Translations under genes and position numbers: made by a program
Shown here: in pieces, positions 37,336 to 47,621 of the stretch
Position numbering within the stretch: position 1 is the stretch's first letter
Layout: every line of letters starts with the position of its first letter
Assembly: GCA_035479295.1 (NCBI GenBank)
Contig: DATIIV010000033.1
Span: 2,901 to 66,900 of the forward strand
Length of the DNA: 64,000 nucleotides
Direction of reading: 5' to 3'
Source of the DNA: Candidatus Saccharimonadia bacterium
GTDB taxonomy: Bacteria > Patescibacteriota > Saccharimonadia > UBA4664
The notes under the pieces: generated by a model
Database searches by the model: none
What the model was told of the DNA's origin: nothing
What the model saw: the letters and a program-made list of their open reading frames with translations, nothing else

Positions 37336-38474
37336 GATTTAGCGCGCGACGCTCGCAGAGTGAGCATGAGTGCACCAGCGGCCCACCACCAAGCGGCTAG
37401 CCCAAGCACAAAACCCACTACCGGTACGCTACAGACGAGCAACAGGGCGGGCACGCCGATAACGCCGGCCCAGGCCACCGAGCCTTGGTGCCACTTAAAT
37501 TGGTTGAGTAGCCAAGCGCCCACTGCTATGGCCGCCTTGGTGAGCAAGAATGGAATCAGTACCAACCAGCCGACGCCGGCCAGTAGCGCTAGTGGCGCGC
37601 CCACTACCGTGAGACTCACCACTATCAGCACGAACGGCAGCGCCAGTGCCATTAGTGCGCCCCAGCCTAGGCTGACCCAAGGCCGCTGGCGCATGGTGGT
37701 GGTAACGCCAGCCAGACGGCGTGGCGCCAGCTTGGCTAGCAGTAGGGCCAGAATAATACCCACCACCGACCAATACAAGTAATTGCCCAGCCAAGCCATA
37801 AACAGTTGGCGTGGCTCCGGGTGTTGCGGCTGCGGTGGCAGATGATGGTGAACGTCGCCCTTCACCTTATTAGGCGCCAGGGTGACAGCGTTGGTGCTGG
37901 TGTAGTCCAGGTCGCCGGCCACGCGCGCGCTGGCGCCAAGCGTCAGGTTCTCGATTTGGGTGGTAACGCTGCCGCTGACCGGCGCGTTAATGGTGAGGTT
38001 CTGGCCGGCGCCGTAGGCGTCGTGGCTAATGGGGCCGTTCAGGGTGGCCGTTTGGGCCGCAAAGCCCACCTCGCCCAGCACCCGACTGGCCGCCTGCAGA
38101 GCCAACGACTGAGCGGCCACCGTGACATTGCGCCCCACCGAGTTGCTAATGCTTACGCTCTGGCCCACCGCTCGCACGCTGCCGGCCACCGGCCCGTTAA
38201 TCGTGACTGTCTGGCCGGCGCAGAGCACGTCGCCATGGACCGAGCCGTTTACGGTGATGGTCTGGCCGCCGCAGACCAGATCGCCCTCCACATCGCCGTC
38301 GATGCTCACCGTTTGGCCGCTGGCATACAGTGTGCCTTGGTGCGTTTTGCCCTTAGCTAAGGTTACGCTATCGCCCGTTAGAGTGCCAAAGGCTAGCGCC
38401 AAGCCGGGCACAAAGGCCAGCATTGCCACCAACGCACCCACCTTTAGCCATGAGCTAAATCGCTTTGTCATCAT
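37332..38474 (-). CDS. Bactofilin-like beta-helical repeat protein fused to a C-terminal polytopic membrane domain
   Basis: Repeats GDVEGDLVCGGQTITVNGSVHGDVLCAGQTVTINGPVAGSV... are typical of polymer-forming cytoskeletal (DUF583) proteins. There are about 5 C-terminal TM helices. Confidence 0.45.
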   Translation of the reverse strand: MMTKRFSSWLKVGALVAMLAFVPGLALAFGTLTGDSVTLAKGKTHQGTLYASGQTVSIDGDVEGDLVCGGQTITVNGSVHGDVLCAGQTVTINGPVAGSVRAVGQSVSISNSVGRNVTVAAQSLALQAASRVLGEVGFAAQTATLNGPISHDAYGAGQNLTINAPVSGSVTTQIENLTLGASARVAGDLDYTSTNAVTLAPNKVKGDVHHHLPPQPQHPEPRQLFMAWLGNYLYWSVVGIILALLLAKLAPRRLAGVTTTMRQRPWVSLGWGALMALALPFVLIVVSLTVVGAPLALLAGVGWLVLIPFLLTKAAIAVGAWLLNQFKWHQGSVAWAGVIGVPALLLVCSVPVVGFVLGLAAWWWAAGALMLTLRASRAKS

Positions 38475-38567
38475 CGTATCCCACTTTATAGTGCTACCAT
38501 AGGTTAATTTGAACGATGATGATAGTGGTATTTCTTCCAACAAAGCCTCGCCGCCGCGAGTGCCACC

Positions 38568-38596
38568 TTGACGATGATGGACTAATCTGCTAAATT
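38568..38596 (+). promoter_or_regulatory. Sigma-70-like promoter for the initiator tRNA
   Basis: TTGACG-17nt-TAAATT about 16 nt upstream of the tRNA 5' end. Confidence 0.45.
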
Positions 38597-38612
38597 AATC
38601 AGCGGTAGACAA

Positions 38613-38689
<77 letters not shown>

Positions 38690-38703
38690 GATATGTATCT
38701 TTC

Positions 38704-38743
38704 AAACCGCCCCTGACCAGAGAAATCTGGTCAGGGGCGGTTT
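38704..38743 (+). terminator. Terminator hairpin after tRNA-fMet
   Basis: AAACCGCCCCTGACCAG-agaaat-CTGGTCAGGGGCGGTTT is a 17-bp perfect stem. Confidence 0.6.
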
Positions 38744-38903
38744 GATGTGCGCCGTCCGTGCCGTCATCGCCAAGCGTCGCCAGAATCGCGCAGAGGTTTT
38801 CGTTGCAGGTATTAATTTTCTACTATCTTTCTTTCGCGTTTTTAATCCTTTACTTCTCAAACCGCTAGGCTTATCCTGGGGTACGGTAAACAGAGGTCAG
38901 ATC

Positions 38904-39251
38904 ATGGCTCGTTCGGCAAACAACTCCTCTCGCTCGACGCGCACCTATGCGCTTCTGGGCATAGGCGGGGCCTCGGTGCTCCTAAACGTGGCGTTGCTCA
39001 GCTATTGGTACTACCTGGTCAATATCAACCAGGCGCCACTCGCTCAGATCGTGGTCACGCACCGCTGCAACGAACCCGGCTACTCGCAGTGGATGCACCA
39101 GATCGACCAGACCAGTAGTAATCCAACTCAGGACAAGAAGTTTGGGGCAGCCGCAGAGTGCTTTACGGACTACCAGACAGGCAAGCAGCTTGATCTAGGC
39201 AGCTTGCGGCCGCAGACTGGCGGAATTCAGGTGCTGCCAGCGCATCCGTAG
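38904..39251 (+). CDS. Hypothetical N-terminally anchored protein
   Basis: MARSANNSSRSTRTYALLGIGGASVLLNVALL anchor. An upstream extension in the ORF track is less likely. Confidence 0.35.
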   Translation: MARSANNSSRSTRTYALLGIGGASVLLNVALLSYWYYLVNINQAPLAQIVVTHRCNEPGYSQWMHQIDQTSSNPTQDKKFGAAAECFTDYQTGKQLDLGSLRPQTGGIQVLPAHP

Positions 39252-39412
39252 TAGCACATCTGTGTAAAGTGGTAAATCGGGTAAGGCTTCAAGATCGATA
39301 GCCGGGCAGAATCAGAATCCGATGGGGCGCAATCAGAGCGGTAGTGTAGCCGGAGGAGTCGGCGATGAACTCCTCCGGCCACAGGCGCGACGGTTTGTGG
39401 TTGTGGCGTGGG

Positions 39413-40234
39413 TTAGCGCAGGACGGCTCGCACCGCGTTGGCGATGATGGTCTGGCCGACTGCGGTGGGGTGGAGCTGACCCGGAGTGCCGGGTAGCTGC
39501 AGCGGCACCGGCATCTCGAGCGGCACCACGGTGACGTGCGGGAAGTGGCTGCCGACCTCAGCGATCATGCTGTTGAGGGCGCCCCGCCAGAGCCGATATT
39601 GGTCCTGCTCGTCGGGCGTAAAGCCCAACTGGGCCGGCGTGAACGGCAGACCGGCAAAGATGTCGTAGTACTCCAAGAGTACGATCTGCTGCGGTTGGGC
39701 CAGCTCCAGGCCGGCCAACGAGATGGCCAATCCCACCCGCGCTCGCTCCAGGTTGGCGGCAAAGGCGGCTCGGTTCTCCGGCGTAGCGCAATTGGTCGCC
39801 ACGCACTGAGCGATGAGGCCGCTCCAGTTCACATCGTTCGCCCCGACGATGCCCACGGCCACGCGTGCCCGCGGCTGCTGATAGGTTTGCAGCAGCTGCG
39901 ATGGCACGGTGGTGCCGTTGGCCATTTGGTTACCCACTACGCCGTGCCAGGTGGTGGCGCCGGCGCAGGCCAGGTTGGTGGTGGGCGCGTGGAGCGCTGC
40001 GCCCAATTGCGCCACAAACGATTGTGGCGATCGCCCGCAGGCCGCATCGAACGGCCCGGCGGGGCTCGTGGATCCCAGGCCGACGCCCGCCGCTATCGAG
40101 TCGCCCCAGCCCAGGATGCTGATGGCCTCCTCGGTCGCGACCGCTCGTATCGGCGCCGCTTGAGCAGGCGCTGCCGCTGCGGCCATTACTCCTAGTGTGA
40201 GCGCCAGCGCGGCCAGTATTCTCCTTGCGCGCAA
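39413..40234 (-). CDS. Secreted SGNH/GDSL hydrolase
   Basis: Signal peptide then block I GWGDSIAAG. Catalytic-triad region near the C-terminus. Confidence 0.7.
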   Translation of the reverse strand: MRARRILAALALTLGVMAAAAAPAQAAPIRAVATEEAISILGWGDSIAAGVGLGSTSPAGPFDAACGRSPQSFVAQLGAALHAPTTNLACAGATTWHGVVGNQMANGTTVPSQLLQTYQQPRARVAVGIVGANDVNWSGLIAQCVATNCATPENRAAFAANLERARVGLAISLAGLELAQPQQIVLLEYYDIFAGLPFTPAQLGFTPDEQDQYRLWRGALNSMIAEVGSHFPHVTVVPLEMPVPLQLPGTPGQLHPTAVGQTIIANAVRAVLR

Positions 40235-40346
40235 CAGCCTCTCCTCTTTTTGTCGAAGGTTGCGGAATCCCGCTCTCGCATTGTAGAGGCTGCCTGGGGT
40301 CTCGCCAAATCGGCCAAATGCCGCTATAATGGTCAGGTTAAAACCT

Positions 40347-40421
<75 letters not shown>

Positions 40422-40432
40422 GAAATTATGAC

Positions 40433-40460
40433 AAAAAAGACCCCGAGCCGGGTCTTTTTT
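40433..40460. terminator. Bidirectional rho-independent terminator
   Basis: AAAAAA-GACCC-cgagcc-GGGTC-TTTTTT. Confidence 0.6.
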
Positions 40461-40548
40461 GTACGTTAGCAAGCAGAAGCCCTGGTGTGCGTTGGGAGCA
40501 CACCAGGGCGGTGGGTGGGAGCGAGCTCGCGAACGAGTCTGCGCTACG

Positions 40549-41208
40549 TTAGAGTCCATGTCTCCTCATCATTACGGGGATGGTGACAACCATCACCTTG
40601 AGCAGGCCGAGAATGGTGCGGGTGGCGGCAAACTCCTCGTCGAACTGGCGAGCCAGTCGGAGCATCGTCTGATGGTCGCTGGGCGTCTCGATGACCGCCC
40701 GCTCGACCTCCGGTCTGGTCTGGGCGTAGCCGGTGATGCCGGGGCCCTGGCGGAACATGTGGGGATACTGGCTCAGCGCCAGCTCGATGCCGCCAGGTAA
40801 CTCCGTCTCGGGCATCGGCCGATAACCCACCACGTTCATCTGGCCCGCGAGGACGTTGAAGAACTGTGGCAGTTCGTCGAGATGGCTCGGTCTCAGAAAG
40901 CGCCCCAGCCAGGTACGGTTGTCGTCGTTTGAGGTGACGAAGCCGCCGTCGAGGTGCTTGAGCGTCCGGAACTTGATGGGCCGGAAGAGCCGGCCGTCAC
41001 GGCCGACGCGCTCGGGGCGAAAGAATAGCGGCCCAAAGTCGCCGCTGAACCACATGGCCAGCCGCACCAACAGGCAGGCCACCACGGCGACCAGTGCGCC
41101 CATGGCGGCGACGCTGTAGTTGAGCGTCCAGCAGGCCGCGGCGTTGGTCGCGACGCGCCAGGTGTGCGACTCGATCTGAGCAGTGGGCGCGTAGCCAGAG
41201 ACGGACAT
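40549..41208 (-). CDS. Monotopic phosphoglycosyl transferase (bacterial sugar transferase, WbaP/WcaJ C-domain type)
   Basis: ...SGDFGPLFFRPERVGRDGRLFRPIKFRTL...DELPQFFNVLAGQMNVVGYRP signature. Confidence 0.8.
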   Translation of the reverse strand: MSVSGYAPTAQIESHTWRVATNAAACWTLNYSVAAMGALVAVVACLLVRLAMWFSGDFGPLFFRPERVGRDGRLFRPIKFRTLKHLDGGFVTSNDDNRTWLGRFLRPSHLDELPQFFNVLAGQMNVVGYRPMPETELPGGIELALSQYPHMFRQGPGITGYAQTRPEVERAVIETPSDHQTMLRLARQFDEEFAATRTILGLLKVMVVTIPVMMRRHGL

Positions 41209-41339
41209 CGAGGCCTCCCAGTAGGGTAGGAAGATGGGAAAGGACGTTTGTGAATTATAACATATATCACTAATTATGCAATGGTTTTAATATTGACATT
41301 CAACATAGGGCGTGTCAGTATAGGAAATAATCTACTGCT

Positions 41340-41985
41340 CGTGGGTAGGTCTTTGACGGTAAGAGAGTAACTAGCTCCCGGATGCGAGCCGCCGGCCAGA
41401 ATGTGGCGATTGGCACCCGGGAGCTATAGAATCTGAGGAGGCGTCATGAGCAACCGCGACAGCTAGCACTGGCAGCTTCCTCAGGACCGGGATCCTGGTC
41501 CCCCGACGAAGGGAGGAGGGGCAGGTGCCACCACTGCACGACACGTAGGTGCCGCCATGGTTTCCGTAGCGCCCGCGGCAATGGGCGCAATGCAAGTGGT
41601 ACCCCCTGTGCTACCGCAGGGAGCGGTAGCGCAATTTAAGGACGTGGCCGAAGGCCGCCATAGAGCGTTGATCTCTCGAGCCACGCGCACGCTTGCTGGG
41701 CTACCGTTCACGGGTTTGGCCCCCTGAGTTTGAAGGGAAACCAGATGAGGCGAAGACAGGCATCGCTCCGCTAGCAGCGAAGCTTCCGGTGCTGGCACCG
41801 GAGATTTCACTGCTTTGCGACCCGTACTGGCGTTGGGTCGCCGCGTGGCGGAGGGCCTCCCCGGGTCCTCCGCCACACCGCCAACCTCATTCTCGGCTGT
41901 TTTACTGCTATTATTCATGACCAAACGGCCCTTATGGGCTGTTTTTTTAGTGCCCGGCGGCCGGCAATTGTGTATGATAGGATCC
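41340..41985 (+). other. About 650-nt GC-rich non-coding region with multiple stable hairpins, candidate structured RNA or long leader
   Basis: No ORF has plausible composition. Hairpins include AGCTCCCGG...CCGGGAGCT (41373-41425), the near-palindrome GGACCGGGATCCTGGTCC, GCTACCGC-aggga-GCGGTAGC, and a terminal GGCCC..GGGCTGTTTTTTT. Confidence 0.3.
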
Positions 41986-42771
41986 ATGGAAACCGACGCT
42001 CCAGTTACCAAGGCCCGCGCCGACCGTGCCACCGTGGTGCTGCGCTGGGCGGTGGGCGTGGTGCTGGCGGCCGTGGTGGTGCTGGCCGGGTTGGCGGCTG
42101 TTGCTTACGCACAGACTCCCGAGGGCATTCGCCATCCCGCCGGTACGCACTATCACTTCCGATTGCAGCTTATCGTGGGCGGCCAGGCGGTCAATTTTGG
42201 CTCGGCCGCGTACCAAACGCCGCTCAATCACGACATCTGCACCGCCAAGCTCACTAATGAGCCGATCCATTTTCACGATAATCTCGACCAGTTTGCTCAT
42301 ATTCATTGGGCACATATTACCGGCGGCCTTTTTCTCAAGAATTACGGTTGGAATCTGGTGGGCGGGCTGTCCGGTGTGCTTGGCTATCGATTCGACCAGT
42401 TGCCCAAGGTGACTGCTGTGCCAATTCACGGCCACGTCCTGCCCGCGCCGCCGGCCGGGGCTCATTACTATATTTACACCGGCGATCAAACCAGCTATCA
42501 GCAGCGCAATTGGAACGATTTCTTGCATCAAGACATTAACGTGTTCTTTGGCCACCCCACCATCTCGGCGGCTCAACCAACCAGCCAGAGCTGGTGGTTA
42601 TGGCTGGTGCCAACCGCCTCCGCTCACGGCGACGAGACTGAGCTGACCGAGCTCAATCATGTCGTGGGCAGCGCGGTTATTTTTGTTCAGCCAGAGGCGC
42701 CGACCGCCGCCCAGATCAAAGACCGCTTTAACCACCTGATACCGCTGCCCACGAGTACTTGTGGTGGCTAA
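41986..42771 (+). CDS. Hypothetical N-terminally anchored His-rich protein
   Basis: TM anchor then a domain rich in His clusters (HYHF, HFHDN, HIHWAHI, HGH). Alternative ATG at 41974. Confidence 0.4.
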   Translation: METDAPVTKARADRATVVLRWAVGVVLAAVVVLAGLAAVAYAQTPEGIRHPAGTHYHFRLQLIVGGQAVNFGSAAYQTPLNHDICTAKLTNEPIHFHDNLDQFAHIHWAHITGGLFLKNYGWNLVGGLSGVLGYRFDQLPKVTAVPIHGHVLPAPPAGAHYYIYTGDQTSYQQRNWNDFLHQDINVFFGHPTISAAQPTSQSWWLWLVPTASAHGDETELTELNHVVGSAVIFVQPEAPTAAQIKDRFNHLIPLPTSTCGG

Positions 42772-42865
42772 GCCGCGCTCGGCAGCGTATACTAGATAGG
42801 TATTCCGAACGGCCGCTCGTAGCCACCAAGCCGCGGGCAGGCCCCATTGCTGTAATAAACGTAGG

Positions 42866-44782
42866 ATGAATATGAAGTTGAAGAAGAGTACTCGAGGCTT
42901 TCTGTTTTTGATAGGAGCGATCCTGGTGGCGGCCGTGCTGCTGGTAATCTCGCTGCCTAGCACTCGCACCGAGCAGGTCTCGTTGTCGCAGATCGTCGAT
43001 GAGGCCAAGAATGGCAAGGTGGATCGCATTCAAGTGGATGGCGCCACGCTCACTGCCACGCTCAAGGATGCCAGTGCCCCCAAGCAGATTGCCTACAAAG
43101 ATAGCGCCCAGGCTAGCCTGGTAAAAGACTACGGTCTCGATCCGAGCAAGGTTACGATCGACCCCAAGAACCCCGATAACGGCAATAGCCGGCTGCTCGA
43201 TGTGGCGCTAACGTTGCTGCCAGTACTCATTATCGTGGGCTTCTTCTACTTTATGATGCGGCAGGCTCAAGGGCAGGGTAATCAGGCCATGAACTTTGGC
43301 AAGAGCCGCGCCCGGCTGTACGGCAGCGACAAGAAAAAGGTGACCTTTAAGGAGGTAGCCGGCGCCGACGAGGCTAAGCAAGAGCTAACCGAAATTGTAG
43401 AGTTCCTTAAGTATCCCGCTAAATTTGAGGCGCTGGGAGCCAAGATTCCCAAGGGCGTGCTGTTGTTTGGCCCTCCCGGCACCGGCAAGACGCTGCTGGC
43501 GCGGGCCGTAGCAGGCGAGGCTGGCGTGCCGTTCTTCTCCATCGCTGGGTCGGACTTTGTGGAGATGTTTGTGGGTGTGGGTGCTAGCCGTGTGCGCGAT
43601 CTCTTTATGAAGGCCAAGAAGAACGCGCCTTGCATCATCTTTATCGATGAGATCGACGCCGTGGGGCGCCAGCGTGGCACCGGCATGGGCGGCGGTCACG
43701 ATGAGCGCGAGCAGACGCTTAACCAGATTCTGGTGGAGATGGACGGCTTTGAGCAGGGCACCAATGTGATTGTGATGGCGGCCACCAACCGGCCCGATGT
43801 GCTCGACCCGGCACTGCTGCGGCCCGGCCGGTTCGACCGCCGCGTCACGCTCGACTCGCCCGACTACAAGAGCCGTCTGGCCATTCTCGAGGTTCACTCG
43901 CAGGGCAAGCCGCTCAGCTCGGACACCGATCTGGATGAGATCGCCAAGAAGACGCCTGGTTTTAGCGGCGCCGACCTCGAGAACCTGATGAACGAGGGCG
44001 CCATTCTGGCCGCGCGCCACGACAAAAAGAAGATCAATCAGCACGACCTGACCGCCTCGCTCGAGAAGGTGCTGATGGGTCCCGAGCGCAAGACGCACAT
44101 TATGAACGCGGCCGAGAAGAAGATCGTGGCCTACCACGAGGCCGGCCACGCCATCGTGGCGCATATGTTGCCGCACTGTCACCCCGTTAATAAGGTCTCG
44201 ATCATCTCGCGTGGCCGAGCTGGCGGCTTTACCTGGACGCTGCCCGAGGACGATCGTCACCTTAACTCGGTGGCCGACTTTAAGGATGATCTAGCTCAGC
44301 TGGTGGGCGCCCGATTCGCCGAACAGATCGTCTTTGGCGAGAGCGCCGTTACCACCGGCGCCTCCGATGACCTACAGAAGGCCACTCAGCTGGCCCGCCA
44401 CATGATCATGGACTACGGCATGAGCGAGAAGCTGCCCAACCGCGTCTTTGGTTCGCAGAGCGACGCCGTGTTCTTGGGCCGCGAGCTGGGCGAGCAACGC
44501 AACTACTCCGAGGATGTGGCCAAGATCATCGACGAAGAAGTAGCTAAGCTCATCAACGAGGCGGGCGAGCGGGCCCAGGCTGTCATCACCGCTAACCGCG
44601 ACAAGCTCGATAAGATCGCCGCCAAGCTCATCAAAGATGAAGTGATCGACAAAGACGAGTTTATCGAGCTGGTCGGCCCGCGGCCGCACGAGCCCAAGAA
44701 GGCCGATCCGCGCGAGCCCGGTGCGCCCGAGCAAGAGATCGGCCCCGGTATCACCGGCGCAGCGGCCACTACGGAGCAGTAG
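42866..44782 (+). CDS. ftsH: ATP-dependent zinc metalloprotease FtsH
   Basis: Walker [12 protein letters not shown] region, and HEAGHA zinc motif. Confidence 0.9.
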   Translation: MNMKLKKSTRGFLFLIGAILVAAVLLVISLPSTRTEQVSLSQIVDEAKNGKVDRIQVDGATLTATLKDASAPKQIAYKDSAQASLVKDYGLDPSKVTIDPKNPDNGNSRLLDVALTLLPVLIIVGFFYFMMRQAQGQGNQAMNFGKSRARLYGSDKKKVTFKEVAGADEAKQELTEIVEFLKYPAKFEALGAKIPKGVLLFGPPGTGKTLLARAVAGEAGVPFFSIAGSDFVEMFVGVGASRVRDLFMKAKKNAPCIIFIDEIDAVGRQRGTGMGGGHDEREQTLNQILVEMDGFEQGTNVIVMAATNRPDVLDPALLRPGRFDRRVTLDSPDYKSRLAILEVHSQGKPLSSDTDLDEIAKKTPGFSGADLENLMNEGAILAARHDKKKINQHDLTASLEKVLMGPERKTHIMNAAEKKIVAYHEAGHAIVAHMLPHCHPVNKVSIISRGRAGGFTWTLPEDDRHLNSVADFKDDLAQLVGARFAEQIVFGESAVTTGASDDLQKATQLARHMIMDYGMSEKLPNRVFGSQSDAVFLGRELGEQRNYSEDVAKIIDEEVAKLINEAGERAQAVITANRDKLDKIAAKLIKDEVIDKDEFIELVGPRPHEPKKADPREPGAPEQEIGPGITGAAATTEQ

Positions 44783-44804
44783 GTAAGTACATCAAGGAGG
44801 CCAC

Positions 44805-45080
44805 ATGGCGGACAAATCATCGACTCGCGAAGAGTTTCAGCTGAATGGCGAACAACTGATCGCTAAGGTCAAGGAGCTCATCAAAGAGGGTAACGTTCGG
44901 CGCATTAGCATTAAGAGCAAAGAGGGTAAGACGCTGGTAGAGATGCCCCTAACTATTGGCGTGGTGGGTGCGGCTGTGGCACCGGTGCTGGCGGCTGTGG
45001 GTGCCATCGCGGCGCTGGTTACTGAGTGCAGCATTGTGGTGGAGCGCGATGAGGCACCCACCGAGGGCCACCGGGGCTAA
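44805..45080 (+). CDS. DUF4342-like small protein
   Basis: ISIKSKEGKTLVEMPLTIGVVGAAVAPVLAAVGAIAALVTECSIVVER matches that family's conserved core. Confidence 0.55.
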   Translation: MADKSSTREEFQLNGEQLIAKVKELIKEGNVRRISIKSKEGKTLVEMPLTIGVVGAAVAPVLAAVGAIAALVTECSIVVERDEAPTEGHRG

Positions 45081-45083
45081 CCA

Positions 45084-46673
45084 ATGGTAAACCAGGCTAA
45101 GCGGCTGCTGGGCCGAGCCAATCAGCGTCAAACCGTGGGTGCTGCGGCGCTGATGATCTCGGCAGCGTACTTGCTGTCGCGACTGCTCGGCCTGCTGCGC
45201 GATCGCCTGTTGGTAACCCACTACGGCATTGGCCCAGTGGCCGATGCCTACAATGCCGCCTTTCGGCTACCCGAGATGCTCTTTACACTACTGGTATCAG
45301 GCGCCTTTGCGGTTGCCTTTATTCCGATTCTGGCCAAGCACCTGCAGACCGAGCAGCGTAAGCAGGCGTGGGAGCTCACCTCCACGCTGCTCAACTTGTT
45401 GGTCCTGGCTACGGTTGGTGGCGGCATCATCATTGGCATCTTTGCCGATCCGCTCACCACGCTGATTAGCCCTGGCTTCGACCCATTCCGTCACCAGCTG
45501 GCGGTTAATCTAACGCGCATCATGCTCATTTCGCCGGTGATGTTTGCTGTCTCGAGCGTGTTGGGGAGCGTGCAGCAGGCCTTCAATCGGTTCCTCATCT
45601 TCTCACTCGCTGGAGTCTTCTACAACGTTGGCATTATCGTGGGCATCCTGTGGTTGTCGCCGCACGCGGGCATTTATGGTGTGGCCTGGGGCGTGGTAAT
45701 CGGCGTGGTATTGCAGGCGCTGCTGCAGGGGCTGGGGCTGATGGGGCTCGGCTTCCGTTATCGGTTGCAGTTAAATCTGCGGCTGAGCGGCGTGCGCCAG
45801 ACGCTCAAGTTGATGTTGCCGCGCAGCATCGATCAAGGCATCGACCAGATCAACTTTGCGGTCGGTACCATCATTGGCTCAACGCTGCACGAAGGCTCGA
45901 TCGCAGCCTTTACCTATGCCAATAATCTTAAGAACGTGCCGCTGGTGCTGATCGCTAGTTCTATTACGACGGCAGTGTTTCCCCGGCTAGCGACGCGGGC
46001 GGCCGAGGGCGCGCGGACCGAGCTGATCGAAACCTATGTGCAGACCGCCCGGCTGATTCTGTTTATGGCCGTGCCGGCGGCCGTCTTTACGGTTATCGGC
46101 CGGGGGTATTTGGTGCGCTTACTGTATGCTTCGGGCAGTCTGGAAACGGCCAACACACTGGGCTGGTTCGCTGGTACCATTATTTTTACCAGCTTGTTCT
46201 TTCTGGTGTCGCGTATTTATTACGCCATGCAGGATACGCGTACGCCGCTGTACTTGAGCTTGGCGAGCGTGCCGATCGATATTGTGCTAAGTATTGTGCT
46301 GGCGCGGCGCTACGGCGTGGCCGGTCTGGCCATGAGCGCCAGCATTGTGGCGGCGCTCGAGACTATAGCGCTCATGGTGATTCTGCGGTTGCGTCAAGGC
46401 CGCTTTGGCGAGCGCGCCATCTGGAGCGGGGCCTGGCGCATGGGTATCGCAGCGGCTATTATGGCGCCGGTGCTGTATCTGTCCATTAGTCACTTATTGC
46501 CACTCTATGCCATTGACCGTGGCTTCTGGGTGCTGGCGCCCAAGTTCGCCTTATTACTTATCATTGGCTTAACGGCTTATTTGGCGCCATGTTACATTTT
46601 GGGCCTTAAAGAAGCCAGTAATATCGTGGCTCGCATTAAGGACATCATGGTTCGATCGCTTAACTTGACTTAG
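45084..46673 (+). CDS. murJ: Lipid II flippase MurJ
   Basis: N-terminal ...AAALMISAAYLLSRLLGLLRDRLLVTHYG and 14-TM architecture. Confidence 0.85.
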   Translation: MVNQAKRLLGRANQRQTVGAAALMISAAYLLSRLLGLLRDRLLVTHYGIGPVADAYNAAFRLPEMLFTLLVSGAFAVAFIPILAKHLQTEQRKQAWELTSTLLNLLVLATVGGGIIIGIFADPLTTLISPGFDPFRHQLAVNLTRIMLISPVMFAVSSVLGSVQQAFNRFLIFSLAGVFYNVGIIVGILWLSPHAGIYGVAWGVVIGVVLQALLQGLGLMGLGFRYRLQLNLRLSGVRQTLKLMLPRSIDQGIDQINFAVGTIIGSTLHEGSIAAFTYANNLKNVPLVLIASSITTAVFPRLATRAAEGARTELIETYVQTARLILFMAVPAAVFTVIGRGYLVRLLYASGSLETANTLGWFAGTIIFTSLFFLVSRIYYAMQDTRTPLYLSLASVPIDIVLSIVLARRYGVAGLAMSASIVAALETIALMVILRLRQGRFGERAIWSGAWRMGIAAAIMAPVLYLSISHLLPLYAIDRGFWVLAPKFALLLIIGLTAYLAPCYILGLKEASNIVARIKDIMVRSLNLT

Positions 46674-47559
46674 CCAGCTCGATGAATCGGGCGACCAGAG
46701 CGGGCCAATCGAGGCCGGCGGTGGCGGCAGCCTTGGGGAAGAGGCTCTGAGCCGTGAGACCAGGTAACGTGTTGGTCTCTAGGATAAAGAGGCGGTGGTC
46801 GGCCGTAATCATGATGTCGGTGCGGGATAGGTGGCGGCAGCCGGCCAGGCGATGGGCGGCCTCGCCTAGCTGCTGAGCGGCGCGCTGATCGGCGGGGGTG
46901 ATGTGCTGAGGCGGACAGAGTTCGGCCGTGGCACCGTTGTATTTATTGTCATAATCGAACTCTTGCCCCTGCGGCGGAATAATCTCAACTACCGGCAGCG
47001 CGGTGTCGTCGAGCACGGCCACGGTGGCCTCGGTGCCGTCGATGAGCTCTTCGAGCAGCATGGTGGGGTAGCGATCAAAGGCGGCGGTCAGGCCCGTGGG
47101 GAGATGAGCTGGGTTGCGAACGATAAAGGTATCGACGCTTGAGCCGCCGTCGGTTGGCTTGAGGACAAATGGCCGTTTCGCTAGCGGCGAGCTGGCCAAG
47201 CCAGCCGCATCGACCACCGCCGCGGCAGGCGTGGGTAGCTGATGCCGGCGCAGCAACGTCTTAAAGGCCGATTTATCAAAGCAGAGTCGCGAGGCCGCCG
47301 GTCCCGAGCCTAGATAGGGTATGCCGGCGGCCTCCAGCTGGTCTTGAATCTGGCCGTCTTCGCCGCCCACCCCATGCAGAATCGGCAGTACCACATCGGC
47401 GGCTTTTATGGCTGTCGATAACTGGGCAGCTTGATCGCGCGGATCGAGCTCCGTCACCTCGTGTCCCAACTGCCGGGCCGCCGCCGCTACGGCCGCACCC
47501 GACCGCAACGATACCTCTCGTTCGTCTGAACTGCCGCCGCAAAGCACTAAAATCTTCAT
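46660..47559 (-). CDS. ddl: D-alanine--D-alanine ligase
   Basis: MKILVLCGGSSDEREVSLRSG... and ATP-grasp motifs. Confidence 0.85.
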   Translation of the reverse strand: MKILVLCGGSSDEREVSLRSGAAVAAAARQLGHEVTELDPRDQAAQLSTAIKAADVVLPILHGVGGEDGQIQDQLEAAGIPYLGSGPAASRLCFDKSAFKTLLRRHQLPTPAAAVVDAAGLASSPLAKRPFVLKPTDGGSSVDTFIVRNPAHLPTGLTAAFDRYPTMLLEELIDGTEATVAVLDDTALPVVEIIPPQGQEFDYDNKYNGATAELCPPQHITPADQRAAQQLGEAAHRLAGCRHLSRTDIMITADHRLFILETNTLPGLTAQSLFPKAAATAGLDWPALVARFIELAKSS

Positions 47560-47621
47560 AGCGTCAGCATATCAAATAGCCCGGCGACCTGCACGCACGG
47601 CTGGTCTGCTACAATTGGGAC

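Noticed and set aside
37806-38360. 184-aa plus-strand ORF
   Set aside because: Antisense to the bactofilin-like gene. The repetitive GC-rich template generates a long open shadow frame.
39536-40195. 219-aa plus-strand ORF
   Set aside because: Antisense to the GDSL hydrolase gene, which has a signal peptide and a GDS motif.
41481-42032. 183-aa minus-strand ORF, plus 41371-41595 and 41693-41920, in the hairpin-dense region
   Set aside because: They have Arg/Pro/Ser/Gly-rich junk composition and overlap predicted stable RNA helices. The region is treated as non-coding or structured RNA.
43385-44260. 291-aa minus-strand ORF
   Set aside because: Antisense to ftsH.
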